Shown one piece after another: positions 1 through 10,406 of a stretch of 26,377 nt of DNA. Positions within the stretch are counted from its first letter, which is position 1. Each line of letters starts with the position of its first letter. The stretch lies in NCBI GenBank assembly GCA_963645165.1, contig CAVIQT010000065.1, positions 1 to 26,377 on the forward strand, given 5' to 3'. This DNA is from Phocaeicola vulgatus. GTDB lineage: Bacteria > Bacillota_I > Bacilli_A > RF39 > UBA660. A model generated the notes under the pieces. It had not been told where the DNA came from and did no database searches. It worked only from the letters and a program-made list of their open reading frames with translations. Made by a program: the position numbers and the translations under genes.

Positions 1-40
1 GAAAAATAAGTTATTCTTAATATAAGAGTAGAGGTAGTTT

Positions 41-1498
41 ATGAAAAAAGGTTTTGACAATGATAAGTATGTAAAAATACAAAGTAAAAAAATCAAAGAA
101 AGATTTAAAATGTTTGATAAATTATATTTAGAAGTTGGTGGCAAATTATTTTGTGATAATCATGCTGCTAGAGTTTTACCTGGTTTTAAAACCGATGCTA
201 AAATAAATATGTTTTTGGAACTTAAGAAAGATTTGGAAATAATATTTTGTATAAATGCTAGTGATATTGAAAAAAATAAAATTAGATCAGAATTTGGTAT
301 AACTTATGATATGGAAATGCTAAATATTATTAATAATGCAGTTAGTTTAGGCTTTTCAGTAAATTCTGTGGTTATTACGTTATATAATAACCAACCTAGT
401 GTGGATAAGTTTATTAAGAGATTAGAAAGACAAAATATTAAAACTTATTTACATACATTTACTAAAGGTTATCCTACTGATGTAGATACTATTGTAAGTG
501 AGGAAGGCTATGGTGCTAATCCATATATAGAAACTACTAAAAAGTTGGTTTTAGTTAATGCTCCTGGTCCTGGTTCTGGTAAACTAGCAACATGTTTAAG
601 TCAGTTATATCACGAACATAAAAGAGGAATAAATGCTGGTTATGCTAAATTTGAAACTTTTCCTGTATGGAATTTACCACTTAAACACCCTGTAAATATA
701 GCTTATGAAGCCGCTACGGCTGATTTAAAAGATATTAATATGATTGATCCTTTTCATTTAGAAAAATACCATGAAACGGCAGTAAATTATAATCGAGATG
801 TAGAAACATTTCCTATATTAAAAACTATTCTTTACAAGATAACCGGTCAAGATATTTATTATTCACCTACGGATATGGGTGTTAATATGGTGGGTTTTTG
901 CATAAAAAATGATAAAGTAGTTGAAGAAGCTGCTAAAAAAGAAATTGTTAGAAGGTATTATAATGAGCTTAATAATTATAAATTAGGTATAAGTGAATAT
1001 GATACTGTACAAAAAGTTAAATTACTTATGAATGAACTTAATATAGATGAAAAGTATTTAAAAGTGGTAGAAGTTTCAATTAATAAAGCTAAAGAAAAGG
1101 GCTCTCATGTCATAGCGTTAGAATTACCAAACAAAAAAATTATTACTGGTAAACAAAGTAGTTTATTATCACCCGCTAGTAGTGTGATTATAAATGCGAT
1201 TAAAACTTTATCTCATATACCAGATGATATGGATATATTAAGTCCCAGTGTTTTAAATCCTATATTAAAGTTAAGAAAAAATAATAAACCTTTATCACTG
1301 CAGGAAGTTTTAATCGCACTATCTATTTGTAGTGTAACTAATCCTATTATTGAGAAAGCTATTAAGAATTTAAATAAATTAGAAGGCTGCGAAGCACATT
1401 CAACATATATTGTTCAAAATGGTGATGCGAATGCCTTAAAAAGTTTAAAAATAAATTTAACTTGTGAATCAGACTTTCTTACTGATGAAATAATTTAA
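41..1498 (+). CDS. DUF1846 / UPF0371 family P-loop protein
   Basis: Starts MKKGFDNDKY..Q; LYLEVGGKL..D.HAARVLPGF; APGPGSGKLATCLSQLYHE; GYAKFETFPVWNLPLKHPVN; RBS GAGGT upstream. Confidence 0.88.
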   Translation: MKKGFDNDKYVKIQSKKIKERFKMFDKLYLEVGGKLFCDNHAARVLPGFKTDAKINMFLELKKDLEIIFCINASDIEKNKIRSEFGITYDMEMLNIINNAVSLGFSVNSVVITLYNNQPSVDKFIKRLERQNIKTYLHTFTKGYPTDVDTIVSEEGYGANPYIETTKKLVLVNAPGPGSGKLATCLSQLYHEHKRGINAGYAKFETFPVWNLPLKHPVNIAYEAATADLKDINMIDPFHLEKYHETAVNYNRDVETFPILKTILYKITGQDIYYSPTDMGVNMVGFCIKNDKVVEEAAKKEIVRRYYNELNNYKLGISEYDTVQKVKLLMNELNIDEKYLKVVEVSINKAKEKGSHVIALELPNKKIITGKQSSLLSPASSVIINAIKTLSHIPDDMDILSPSVLNPILKLRKNNKPLSLQEVLIALSICSVTNPIIEKAIKNLNKLEGCEAHSTYIVQNGDANALKSLKINLTCESDFLTDEII

Positions 1499-1530
1499 AA
1501 AATACTTAATGTAAATCATATAAGATATTG

Positions 1531-1559
1531 TTTACATTTAATAAAATAATATATATAAT
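1531..1559 (+). promoter_or_regulatory. sigmaA-type promoter for tsaE
   Basis: TTTACA(1531-1536)-N17-TATAAT(1554-1559); RBS AAGGTGA follows. Confidence 0.6.
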
Positions 1560-1574
1560 GAAAAAGGTGAGTGT

Positions 1575-2027
1575 ATGGAATATAAATTTACATCTAGAAG
1601 TATAGATGACACAATGGAATTAGCAGAAAATATTGAATCAGAAAAATTCCCAGGAATGGTTATTTGCCTAGATGGGGAACTTGGAAGTGGCAAAACTGTT
1701 TTTGTTAAAGGTTTTGCTAAGTCTTTAGGAATAAAGGAAACTATAACAAGTCCAACATTTAATTTAATTAAGGAGTATAATACTGGTGAAATGCCACTTT
1801 ATCATATGGATGTTTATCGCTTAGAGGGTAAATGTGATAATATTGGTTTTGACGATTATTTTAATAAAGATGCAGTATGTATTATTGAATGGTCTGATTT
1901 AATTTGTGATTGTTTACCTAAAGAAAGGTTACAAATTGACTTTAAAATAATTGATGAAAATACAAGAATTCTTGTCTTAAAACCATATGGTGAAAAATAT
2001 GAAGATTTATTAAATTCAGTACTATAA
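1575..2027 (+). CDS. tsaE: tRNA threonylcarbamoyladenosine biosynthesis ATPase TsaE
   Basis: L.GELGSGKT, SPTFNL, YHMDVYRL and IIEW motifs; sits in the tsaEB-rimI-tsaD cluster. Confidence 0.96.
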   Translation: MEYKFTSRSIDDTMELAENIESEKFPGMVICLDGELGSGKTVFVKGFAKSLGIKETITSPTFNLIKEYNTGEMPLYHMDVYRLEGKCDNIGFDDYFNKDAVCIIEWSDLICDCLPKERLQIDFKIIDENTRILVLKPYGEKYEDLLNSVL

Positions 2028-2055
2028 ATAATGCAAAAAATGCGTTATTTTTTTT
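2026..2055 (+). terminator. Probable intrinsic terminator after tsaE
   Basis: AAATAATGCA-AAAAA-TGCGTTATTT stem followed by a T run. Confidence 0.55.
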
Positions 2056-2105
2056 ATCTTTTTCTAATTTTAGTGTATAATAATAAATGATTTGGAAGTG
2101 AGAAG

Positions 2106-2681
2106 ATGAAAACATTATTTATAAGTACTTATAATAATTTAATAACAATTGGATTATTATATGACGGTCAAATTAAAATCAAGAAAGAACAAGAATCTCA
2201 TCATGGACATAGTATTTATTTAGTTCCCTTAATTGATGATATTATCAAAGAAAATAAAATAACTGTTAATGATTTAAATGAAATTATTGTTGTAAATGGT
2301 CCAGGAAGTTTTACTGGTATTAGATTAGGAATAACAGTAGCAAAAACTTTAGCCTATACTTTAAATATACCGATTAAAACAATAACTAGTATTGAAGCCT
2401 TAGCAGCTAGTATAAAATTACCAAATAAAATAATAACAATAGATGATAATAAGGGTAAGTATATTGGAGTATTTACAAATGATAAATTATCTAATGATAT
2501 TATTTATTTAAAGTTAGATGCCTCTATAGAATTTCTAAGTAAACAAAGCTATGAAATTTACGCAGATGGAGTATTAGATTTGGAACGAATTTATGAGTAT
2601 ACAAAAGATATAAAACCTACAAATCCTCATGCTGTAAAAGCTATTTACATTAAAGAAATAGAGGCCTTAAATGGTAAGTAA
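2106..2681 (+). CDS. tsaB: tRNA threonylcarbamoyladenosine biosynthesis protein TsaB
   Basis: HS..L.P.I and V.NGPGSFTGIRLG...AKTLA motifs; gene context. Confidence 0.95.
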   Translation: MKTLFISTYNNLITIGLLYDGQIKIKKEQESHHGHSIYLVPLIDDIIKENKITVNDLNEIIVVNGPGSFTGIRLGITVAKTLAYTLNIPIKTITSIEALAASIKLPNKIITIDDNKGKYIGVFTNDKLSNDIIYLKLDASIEFLSKQSYEIYADGVLDLERIYEYTKDIKPTNPHAVKAIYIKEIEALNGK

Positions 2682-3090
2682 ATTAACTCCACTAGATATT
2701 GATGAGGTTAATAAGTTAGGCATTTTATTAAATCCTAAATTTATAAAATTATTTCATATAGAATCACTTAGTTCTAATGAAAATATTTTAGTTTATAAAG
2801 AAAATAATAAGATTTTAGGTTTTATTCACTACTATATAAATTATGAAATAGCTGATTTATTAAATATAATAGTAAAGGAAGAATATCGAAGTAAAATGAT
2901 TGGGACTATTTTAATGGATTATATGATTACATCTCTTCCTAAAACAGTTCAAAAAATTATGTTAGAGGTAGATGAAACTAATATTCCAGCTATTAAGTTT
3001 TATTATAATTTTAACTTTGAGGAAATATCTCGAAGAAAAAACTATTATAATGGTAAAGATGCGATTATCATGGAAAGGAAATTATTATGA
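2671..3090 (+). CDS. rimI: RimI-like GNAT acetyltransferase
   Basis: V.EEYRSKMIGT, LEV..N.PAI.FY...F....RRKNYY..DAIIM; lies between tsaB and tsaD. Confidence 0.85.
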   Translation: MVSKLTPLDIDEVNKLGILLNPKFIKLFHIESLSSNENILVYKENNKILGFIHYYINYEIADLLNIIVKEEYRSKMIGTILMDYMITSLPKTVQKIMLEVDETNIPAIKFYYNFNFEEISRRKNYYNGKDAIIMERKLL

Positions 3091-4097
3091 AAGATAAAGA
3101 TGTATATATATTAGCTATTGAATCATCTTGTGATGAAACAAGTATGTCAATAATTAAAAATGGATGCGAAGATATATCTACTACTATATTAACCCAGATG
3201 GATACTCATGCTTCATTTGGTGGTGTTGTACCAGAGATAGCAAGCCGCATGCATAGTGAAAATATAACAATGGTATTAGAAGATGTATTTTCTAAAACAA
3301 ATATTACGATGAATGAAATAGATGCAATCGCAGTAACTTATGCGCCTGGATTATTAGGAAGTTTACTTGTTGGCTTAGAGTTTGCTAAAACACTTGCACT
3401 TGTTTATAAAAAACCACTTATTAAGGTTCATCATATTGCTGGACATATTTATGCTAATAATTTAGTAGCTAAAATGGAATATCCACTTTTAGCTCTAGTA
3501 GTTAGTGGCGGTCATACAGAGCTAGTATTAATGGAAGATGATTATAAATTTAAAGTTTTAGGTAAAACTTTAGATGATGCGATTGGGGAAGTATATGATA
3601 AAGTTGCTCGCGTTTTAGGAATGCCATATCCTGGTGGACCACAGATAGATAGGTGCGCATCTTTAGGTAAACCTACATATAAATTACCAATTCCTATGAA
3701 TAATGATGAATTAAATTTTTCTTTTAGTGGTTTAAAGAGTGCGGTTATAAATTTAGTTCATAATGAAACACAAAGGGGAAATGAAATAAATAAGGAAGAT
3801 CTAGCGTGCTCATTTCAAACTGTTGCGGTTGATGAGTTATTAAGAAAAAGCAAAATGGCTATTAAAGAAACTAACTCTAAAAGATTTATTATTGCTGGCG
3901 GGGTAAGTGCAAACAAATATTTAAGAGAACAAATGGCTAAAATGTGTGAAGAAATGAATGTTTTGTTAACTATTCCTCCAATTAAATATTGTACTGATAA
4001 TGCAGCTATGATTGGGTGTGCTGCTTATCCTTTATATTTAAAAAAAGATTTTACTACATTTGATTTAAATGCTCAAAGTACATTAGATTTATTTTAA
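3087..4097 (+). CDS. tsaD: tRNA N6-adenosine threonylcarbamoyltransferase TsaD
   Basis: ILAIESSCDET, GGVVPEIASR.H, HH..GH, VSGGHT, DDAIGE.YDK, GGVSAN, CTDNAAMI. Confidence 0.98.
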   Translation: MKDKDVYILAIESSCDETSMSIIKNGCEDISTTILTQMDTHASFGGVVPEIASRMHSENITMVLEDVFSKTNITMNEIDAIAVTYAPGLLGSLLVGLEFAKTLALVYKKPLIKVHHIAGHIYANNLVAKMEYPLLALVVSGGHTELVLMEDDYKFKVLGKTLDDAIGEVYDKVARVLGMPYPGGPQIDRCASLGKPTYKLPIPMNNDELNFSFSGLKSAVINLVHNETQRGNEINKEDLACSFQTVAVDELLRKSKMAIKETNSKRFIIAGGVSANKYLREQMAKMCEEMNVLLTIPPIKYCTDNAAMIGCAAYPLYLKKDFTTFDLNAQSTLDLF

Positions 4098-4110
4098 TAG
4101 TTATTAAATT

Positions 4111-4134
4111 AAAGACTTTTTATAGGTCTTTTTT
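4111..4134 (+). terminator. Intrinsic terminator after tsaD
   Basis: AAAGACTT-TTTAT-AGGTCTTT followed by Ts. Confidence 0.65.
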
Positions 4135-4213
4135 ATGTTTATTTAGCAAAAAAAATTAAAGACTTTTTATTAGAAATTTGGTACAATTAATTTATAATAA
4201 AGGGTGATAGCAA

Positions 4214-6547
4214 GTGGATGAAGAATTAAAGAAAATTGATGAATATTTTAGAGTACTTAACTATTTATCATGTGCTCAAATATATTTAAAGGATAATCCT
4301 CTTTTAAAAAGAGAACTTTATTTAAATGATGTAAAGAAAAAATTAGTCGGACACTGGGGTAGTGCGCCTGGTCAAAATTTTATTTATGTGCATTTAAATA
4401 GAGTTATTAACAAATATGATTTAAATATGATATATGTTTCTGGACCAGGACATAGTGGTCAAGCAATGATTGCAAATGCTTATTTAGAGGGTACTTATAG
4501 TGAGTTATATCCTGATATTACAGAAGATGAAGAAGGTTTAAGAAAATTGTGTAAACAGTTTAGTTTTCCTGGGGGAACGCCCTCTCATGTGGCACCAGAA
4601 GTTCCTGGAAGTATAAATGAAGGCGGGGAACTTGGTTATAGTCTAGCGCATGCATATGGTGCTGTTTTAGATAATCCTAGTCTTATTGCTGCGACTGTAG
4701 TGGGTGATGGTGAAGCTGAAACTGGGCCACTTGCTGCATCATGGCAAATAAATAAATTAATTAATCCTATTAAAGATGGAGTAGTACTTCCAATTTTACA
4801 TTTAAATGGATATAAAATTGCAAACCCAACTATTTTAGCTAGAATCAGTGATACCGAATTAAAAAAATATTTTGAAGGTTTAGGTTATCACCCATATATA
4901 GTTAGTGGTAGTGATGAAAAAATAATGCATAAAAAGATGGCTACTACTTTAGATGAAATTATTTTAGAAATAAAAAATATTAAAAATAAGGCTTTAACCA
5001 GAGGAAATGCTGATAGACCCATCTGGCCAATGCTTATTTTAAAAACACCAAAAGGTTGGACTGGGGTAAAGGAATATCATAATTTAATGATAGAAAACAG
5101 TTTTAGATCTCATCAAGTACCAATCGCGGTAGATGAAAAAAACATTAATAATGTAGATATTTTAGAAAACTGGTTAAAGAGTTATAAAGTTGATGAATTA
5201 TTTGATGAAAATGGTAGATTAGTAAAAAGATTAAGAGATATTGCCCCTAAAAAGAATAAAAGAATGAGTGCAAACCCAGTTACAAATGGAGGATTATTAT
5301 TAAAGGATTTAAAAATTCCTGATTATACTAAGTATGGACTAACTTTTAGTAATCATGGTGAAAAATATGCAAGTGATATGTATATATTAGGTTCATTTTT
5401 AAGAGACGTTATTAAGAATAATGATAATTTTAGAATATTTGGTCCAGATGAAGCCCTTTCTAATCGTTTTAATGAAGTATTTAAAGTTACAAATAGACAG
5501 TGGAATGCTGGTAGATTTGATTATGATGAATATTTAGATGCAGATGGTAAGGTTATTGATGGTATATTATCTGAGCATGTTTGTGAAGGGCTACTTGAAG
5601 GCTATATATTAACTGGTAGACATGGTATTATGCATAGTTATGAAGCATTTATAAGAATTATTGATTCAATGGTTAGTCAGCATGCTAAATGGCTTAAAAT
5701 GTGTAAGGAAATTCCATGGAGAAAGGATATTGCATCTTTAAATATAATTTTAACTAGTCATTGCTGGCAACAAGATCATAATGGTTTTACTCATCAAGAT
5801 CCAGGATTTTTAAATCATTTAGTTACGAAAAAAGCTGATACAGTAAGAATATACTTACCATGCGATGCCAATACGCTTTTATCTTGTGCAGACCACGTTC
5901 TTAAAACAAAAAATTATATAAATGTAATTGTTGCATCTAAACATGAAAGACCACAGTGGCTTAGTATAGAAGAAGCTAAAGAGCATTGTGCTAAAGGAGT
6001 AGATATTTTTAAGTGGGCTAGTGATAGTAATCCTGATGTTGTTTTAGCGTGCGCTGGTGATACTCCAACTTTAGAAGTTATGGCTGCTAAACAAATTTTA
6101 AAAGACGAACTTCCTGAATTAAGAGTTAGAGTTGTAAATGTTATTGATTTAATGAAACTTGTTTCTAATGAAGATCATCCTCATGGACTAACAAATGAAG
6201 AATATAATCGTATATTTACAAAAGATAAACCTATTATTTTTGCTTTCCATGGTTATCCTAGTTTAATTCATCAATTAACTTATAAGAGATATAATCAAAA
6301 TTTACATGTTCATGGATATATTGAAGAAGGCACTATAACTACACCTTTTGATATGAGAGTAGTAAATAAATTAGATAGATATCATTTAATATTAGATGTT
6401 TTAAAATATGCTAAATTAAAGAGTGATAAAAGAAAAGCATTAATAAAGAAATGTGAAGATATTTTAAATTATCATTATTATTATATTAGAGAAAATGGTA
6501 TAGACATTTCAGAAGTTACTAACTTTAAGTGGAAAGATAAAAAGTAA
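4214..6547 (+). CDS. xfp: Xylulose-5-phosphate/fructose-6-phosphate phosphoketolase (GTG start)
   Basis: GHWG..PG, GPGH, EGGELGY, TPP-binding GDGEAETGP, LHLNGYKIANP, WQQDHNGFTHQDPG. Confidence 0.97.
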   Translation: MDEELKKIDEYFRVLNYLSCAQIYLKDNPLLKRELYLNDVKKKLVGHWGSAPGQNFIYVHLNRVINKYDLNMIYVSGPGHSGQAMIANAYLEGTYSELYPDITEDEEGLRKLCKQFSFPGGTPSHVAPEVPGSINEGGELGYSLAHAYGAVLDNPSLIAATVVGDGEAETGPLAASWQINKLINPIKDGVVLPILHLNGYKIANPTILARISDTELKKYFEGLGYHPYIVSGSDEKIMHKKMATTLDEIILEIKNIKNKALTRGNADRPIWPMLILKTPKGWTGVKEYHNLMIENSFRSHQVPIAVDEKNINNVDILENWLKSYKVDELFDENGRLVKRLRDIAPKKNKRMSANPVTNGGLLLKDLKIPDYTKYGLTFSNHGEKYASDMYILGSFLRDVIKNNDNFRIFGPDEALSNRFNEVFKVTNRQWNAGRFDYDEYLDADGKVIDGILSEHVCEGLLEGYILTGRHGIMHSYEAFIRIIDSMVSQHAKWLKMCKEIPWRKDIASLNIILTSHCWQQDHNGFTHQDPGFLNHLVTKKADTVRIYLPCDANTLLSCADHVLKTKNYINVIVASKHERPQWLSIEEAKEHCAKGVDIFKWASDSNPDVVLACAGDTPTLEVMAAKQILKDELPELRVRVVNVIDLMKLVSNEDHPHGLTNEEYNRIFTKDKPIIFAFHGYPSLIHQLTYKRYNQNLHVHGYIEEGTITTPFDMRVVNKLDRYHLILDVLKYAKLKSDKRKALIKKCEDILNYHYYYIRENGIDISEVTNFKWKDKK

Positions 6548-6583
6548 AAATTGGTGGTAAAAACAAACAGAAAAAATTCCTTC

Positions 6584-6612
6584 TTTACATATATTTACCA
6601 AGGTGATATAAT
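6584..6612 (+). promoter_or_regulatory. sigmaA promoter (extended -10) of the rimP-nusA-infB operon
   Basis: TTTACA-N17-TATAAT with TG at 6604-6605. Confidence 0.75.
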
Positions 6613-6626
6613 ATTTCTACAGATTT

Positions 6627-6652
6627 AAGTGGGCAGATATTCCCACTTTTAT
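6627..6652 (+). promoter_or_regulatory. rimP leader hairpin / attenuator-like terminator
   Basis: AAGTGGG-N8-CCCACTT plus T-rich tail between the promoter and the RBS; resembles the hairpin found upstream of rimP (ylxS) in Firmicutes. Confidence 0.65.
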
Positions 6653-6669
6653 TTATTAATAGGAGGTTT

Positions 6670-6924
6670 ATGCAAAAAGTATTAGATGAAATAAAAGGTT
6701 TAATTGAAAACCCAATGAAAGAGTTAGATATTACTATTGATAGTATTGATTATGTATTAGAAAATAATTATCATTTCTTAAAAATCGTACTTGATAGAGT
6801 AAATGGTTTAGATTTAGATACTATAGTTGAAGCCACTAACATTATAAATCCTATCTTGGATGAACATGATTTAATTGATGAAGAATATATCTTAGATATA
6901 TCAAGCAAAGAAAGAGGAAATTAA
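6670..6924 (+). CDS. rimP: RimP, N-terminal domain only (84 aa)
   Basis: First gene before nusA; L...LD...G..LD......I...LD..D.I...Y.LD.SS motif; strong RBS AGGAGG. Confidence 0.85.
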   Translation: MQKVLDEIKGLIENPMKELDITIDSIDYVLENNYHFLKIVLDRVNGLDLDTIVEATNIINPILDEHDLIDEEYILDISSKERGN

Positions 6925-6925
6925 A

Positions 6926-8044
6926 ATGAATGGTAAAGAATTTATTAAAGCAGTGAAAAATATAACTGCAGAAAAAGGAATAAGTGAAGATATCGTATTT
7001 GATGCGATGGAACAAGCCCTTATAACTGCCTATAAAAAGAACTTTAATTCAAAAACAAATGTTAAAGTAAAAATTAATAGAGAAACTGGAGATATTAAAG
7101 TATATTCATATTTAGTTGTAGTAGATGACTATATTGATGGTGAAGAAATAGTAGATGAAGAAGGTAATATAACTTATACTGAACCAGAAATACCTGATGA
7201 TGCTCAAATATTACTTGAAGATGCCATATTAAAAGTACCTGATATTAAAGTAGGAGAAACTATCGAAGAAGAAGTAACACCTCATGACTTTGGTAGAGTA
7301 GCTGCCTCAACAGCTAAACAAGTATTAACTCAAAAAATAAGAGAAGCAGAAAGAAACAGTATTATTGCTGAATTTGAAAATAAACAAGATGAAATAATGG
7401 TTGGTTTACTTGCTATGGAAGATAATAAAAACTATTATGTAGACTTAGGTCGTACTAGAGGAATATTACCTAAATCAGAAATGATTCCTGGTGAAACAGT
7501 TAAAATAGGTTCAAGTATTAAAGTATACTTACAAAAAATAGAATCAACCACTAAAGGACCACTAATCCTATGTTCAAGAAAAAATACTGGCTTTGTTAAA
7601 AGACTATTTGAAAGTGAAATTCCTGAACTACAAGATGGCTCAGTTGTACTATATAATGTTGCTCGTGAACCAGGAGTTAGAAGTAAAGTAGCCGTATATT
7701 CAAACGATGAAAGAATAGATCCTATCGGAACATGTATCGGAGAAAAAGGATCTCGTATCGGCGCTATATTAAGTGAACTTAATGGTGAAAAAGTAGACTT
7801 AATAAAATATGATGAAGATGAAAGTATCTTTATTGCTAATGCCTTAAGTCCTGCTAAAAATGTTATCGTAAATATCTTAGATGATACTAAAAATAGAGAA
7901 GCACTTGCTATAGTTAATGATGATAATCTATCTCTTGCTATTGGTAAAAAAGGAATTAACATTAAACTTGCTAGTAAACTAACTAAATTTAGAATTAATG
8001 TTAAAACCCTAGAAGAGGTTAATAAAGAAGGAAATGAAAACTAA
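6926..8044 (+). CDS. nusA: Transcription termination/antitermination factor NusA
   Basis: DFGRVAA.TAKQV..QKIREAER; S1 and KH domains (AREPG.RSKVAV, G.CIG.KG.R, SLAIGKKG.N..LA). Confidence 0.98.
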   Translation: MNGKEFIKAVKNITAEKGISEDIVFDAMEQALITAYKKNFNSKTNVKVKINRETGDIKVYSYLVVVDDYIDGEEIVDEEGNITYTEPEIPDDAQILLEDAILKVPDIKVGETIEEEVTPHDFGRVAASTAKQVLTQKIREAERNSIIAEFENKQDEIMVGLLAMEDNKNYYVDLGRTRGILPKSEMIPGETVKIGSSIKVYLQKIESTTKGPLILCSRKNTGFVKRLFESEIPELQDGSVVLYNVAREPGVRSKVAVYSNDERIDPIGTCIGEKGSRIGAILSELNGEKVDLIKYDEDESIFIANALSPAKNVIVNILDDTKNREALAIVNDDNLSLAIGKKGINIKLASKLTKFRINVKTLEEVNKEGNEN

Positions 8045-8288
8045 AAAAATTCCTATGCGTTCATGTGTGCTAACCCATGAAAAATTACCTAAAAAAGAAT
8101 TAATTAGAATAGTTTACTATGAAGGTAAAGTAAGTGTAGATCCAACAGGTAAACAAAATGGTAAAGGGTGTTATTTAAAAAAAGAAGAAAATGTTATTAA
8201 TGAAGCACGCAAGAAAAAGATTTTAAATCATATATTTGAAACAGAGATAGATGATAATATTTACGATGAATTATTAAAAAATATATAA
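8034..8288 (+). CDS. ylxR: YlxR/RnpM (DUF448) RNA-binding protein
   Basis: KKIPMR.C......KKELIRIV, D.TGK..G.G.Y; directly after nusA. Confidence 0.9.
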   Translation: MKTKKIPMRSCVLTHEKLPKKELIRIVYYEGKVSVDPTGKQNGKGCYLKKEENVINEARKKKILNHIFETEIDDNIYDELLKNI

Positions 8289-8306
8289 AAAGAAAGAAGG
8301 TATCTT

Positions 8307-10406
8307 ATGAGTATTAAAGAATACGCAAATGATATGAACTTTACAGTCCAAGAAGTATTAATAAAATGTAAAGAATTAGGTATTAAAGCAGCTAGTTCAG
8401 ATTATATTTTAAATGATGATGATATAGTAATGTTAGATAATATAATGAATCTAATAAGTACTAATAATGAAACTAATTTTGAAGAAATGGACGCTTTAGA
8501 TGACGCTGTTGATGAAATACTAGGAGACAGTGTTAAAATTAGTGAAAGCAAACAAAAACTAAAAAAGAAGAAAAATATTTCAGCTAAAGATAATATAGAT
8601 TACCTAAATAAGAAAAAAGCTATGTATAAACATAAAGATAAACTAAGTACAAATGCCGAAGATGAAAATATTATTGTTTATACTGAAGGTATGAGTGTTA
8701 AAGATCTTGCTGAAAAATTAAATATTAGTCCTACTGATATTATTAAAAAATTAATGATGTTAGGTACTATGCTTAATATGAATCAAGTAATTGATTTTGA
8801 AATAGCAGAGATACTTACCCTTGAATATGGTAAAACTCTAAAGAAAAGTGAAACTCAAGATATAACTAACTTTGAAGAATATGAAATAATAGATGATCCT
8901 AAAGATTTAATATCTAGACCTCCAGTTATAACTGTAATGGGACATGTTGACCATGGAAAAACAACTCTTTTAGATTATATTAGAAAGTCTAATGTTGCAA
9001 GTGGCGAAGCCGGAGGTATTACCCAAGCAATTGGTGCTTATCAAATAGATTATAATGGTAAAAAGATAAGCTTTATAGATACTCCAGGGCATGCTGCCTT
9101 TACTGAAATGAGAGCAAGAGGCGCTAGTGTTACAGATATAGTTATTATAGTAGTTGCAGCTGATGATGGAGTAATGCCACAAACTAAAGAAGCAATTGAT
9201 CATGCTTTATCTGCCGGAGTACCTATTGTTGTAGCGGTAAATAAAATGGATAAACCAGATGCTCATCCAGATAAAATAATGGAAGAAATGGCTGCTTTAA
9301 ATATTGTCCCAGAAAGCTGGGGAGGAAACATCCCATTTGTAAACATATCTGCTAAAACAGGTATGGGTGTTGATGAACTATTAGAAACAGTCCTAGCAAT
9401 TGCCGAAGTATCTGAATTAAAAGCAAACCCTAATAGATACGCAGTAGGTACAGTTATTGAATCACGTATAGATAAAAATATTGGTGGTGTAGCATCTTTA
9501 TTAATTCAAAATGGTACTCTTCGTTTAGGTGATCCTATTGTAGTAGGGATATCATATGGTAAAGTAAGAACTCTAAAAAATGATAAAGGAGAAAATATTT
9601 TATCTGCTGGCCCTAGCACTCCTGTTGAAATTACCGGACTAAATGATAACCCATCTGCTGGTGATAAATTTATGGCCTTTGAATCAGAAAAAACTGCTCG
9701 TGAAATAGCAGAAAAACGTAGAGACTTAGCAAAAAATAAAAAACAAATAAAAGCTGCTGTATCATTTGATGATCTATTTAATAAAATTCAAAGTGGTACT
9801 AAAGAAATTAATGTAGTCTTAAAATGTGATGTTCGTGGTAGTGAAGAAGCAGTTAAAAATGCCTTAGAAAAAATAAACGTTGAAGGAGTTAAAATTAAAG
9901 TTATAAGAAGTGGTATCGGTACTATTACTGAAAGTGATATCGTTCTTGCAAATGCATCAAACGCTATTGTTATTGGCTTTAATGTTATTCCATCTGTTAT
10001 CACTAAAGACGTTGCTAAACAATATGAAGTAGAAATAAGACTATATCAAATAATATATAAATTAGTAGAAGAAATGGAAGCCGCCATGAAAGGTATGTTA
10101 GATCCTGAATTCGAAGAAAAAGTAATAGGGAATGCAGAAGTAAGAAAACTATTTAAATTTAGTAAAGTTGGAACTATCGCTGGAGTTATGGTAACATCAG
10201 GCATCATTAAAAATAAATCTAAAGTAAGAATAATTCGTGATGGAGTTATTATCTATGATGGTATTATATCATCACTTCAAAGAGAAAAAGAAACTGTAAA
10301 AGAAGTAAAAAGTGGCTATGAATGTGGTATCACTATTGAAAACTTTAATGATATCAAAGAAAAAGATGTATTTGAAACATATGAAATGGTAGAGGTTAAA
10401 AGATAA
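8307..10406 (+). CDS. infB: Translation initiation factor IF-2
   Basis: [41 protein letters not shown]-terminal ECGI. Confidence 0.99.
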   Translation: MSIKEYANDMNFTVQEVLIKCKELGIKAASSDYILNDDDIVMLDNIMNLISTNNETNFEEMDALDDAVDEILGDSVKISESKQKLKKKKNISAKDNIDYLNKKKAMYKHKDKLSTNAEDENIIVYTEGMSVKDLAEKLNISPTDIIKKLMMLGTMLNMNQVIDFEIAEILTLEYGKTLKKSETQDITNFEEYEIIDDPKDLISRPPVITVMGHVDHGKTTLLDYIRKSNVASGEAGGITQAIGAYQIDYNGKKISFIDTPGHAAFTEMRARGASVTDIVIIVVAADDGVMPQTKEAIDHALSAGVPIVVAVNKMDKPDAHPDKIMEEMAALNIVPESWGGNIPFVNISAKTGMGVDELLETVLAIAEVSELKANPNRYAVGTVIESRIDKNIGGVASLLIQNGTLRLGDPIVVGISYGKVRTLKNDKGENILSAGPSTPVEITGLNDNPSAGDKFMAFESEKTAREIAEKRRDLAKNKKQIKAAVSFDDLFNKIQSGTKEINVVLKCDVRGSEEAVKNALEKINVEGVKIKVIRSGIGTITESDIVLANASNAIVIGFNVIPSVITKDVAKQYEVEIRLYQIIYKLVEEMEAAMKGMLDPEFEEKVIGNAEVRKLFKFSKVGTIAGVMVTSGIIKNKSKVRIIRDGVIIYDGIISSLQREKETVKEVKSGYECGITIENFNDIKEKDVFETYEMVEVKR

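Noticed and set aside
1508..1538. Inverted repeat AATGTAAA...TTTACATT
   Set aside because: Short and AT-rich with no U-tract; cannot distinguish a weak terminator or operator from chance
1539..1566. dif-like ATAATATATATAATG
   Set aside because: The outer arms match poorly and it coincides with the tsaE -10 element in AT-rich DNA
7435..7962. 175-aa minus-strand ORF and other short antisense or alternate-frame ORFs (8970, 9788, 11254, 14062, 14489, 15510, 15607, 19532, 21415, 21831, 23382)
   Set aside because: They overlap well-supported genes and show no recognisable motifs; they are shadow ORFs
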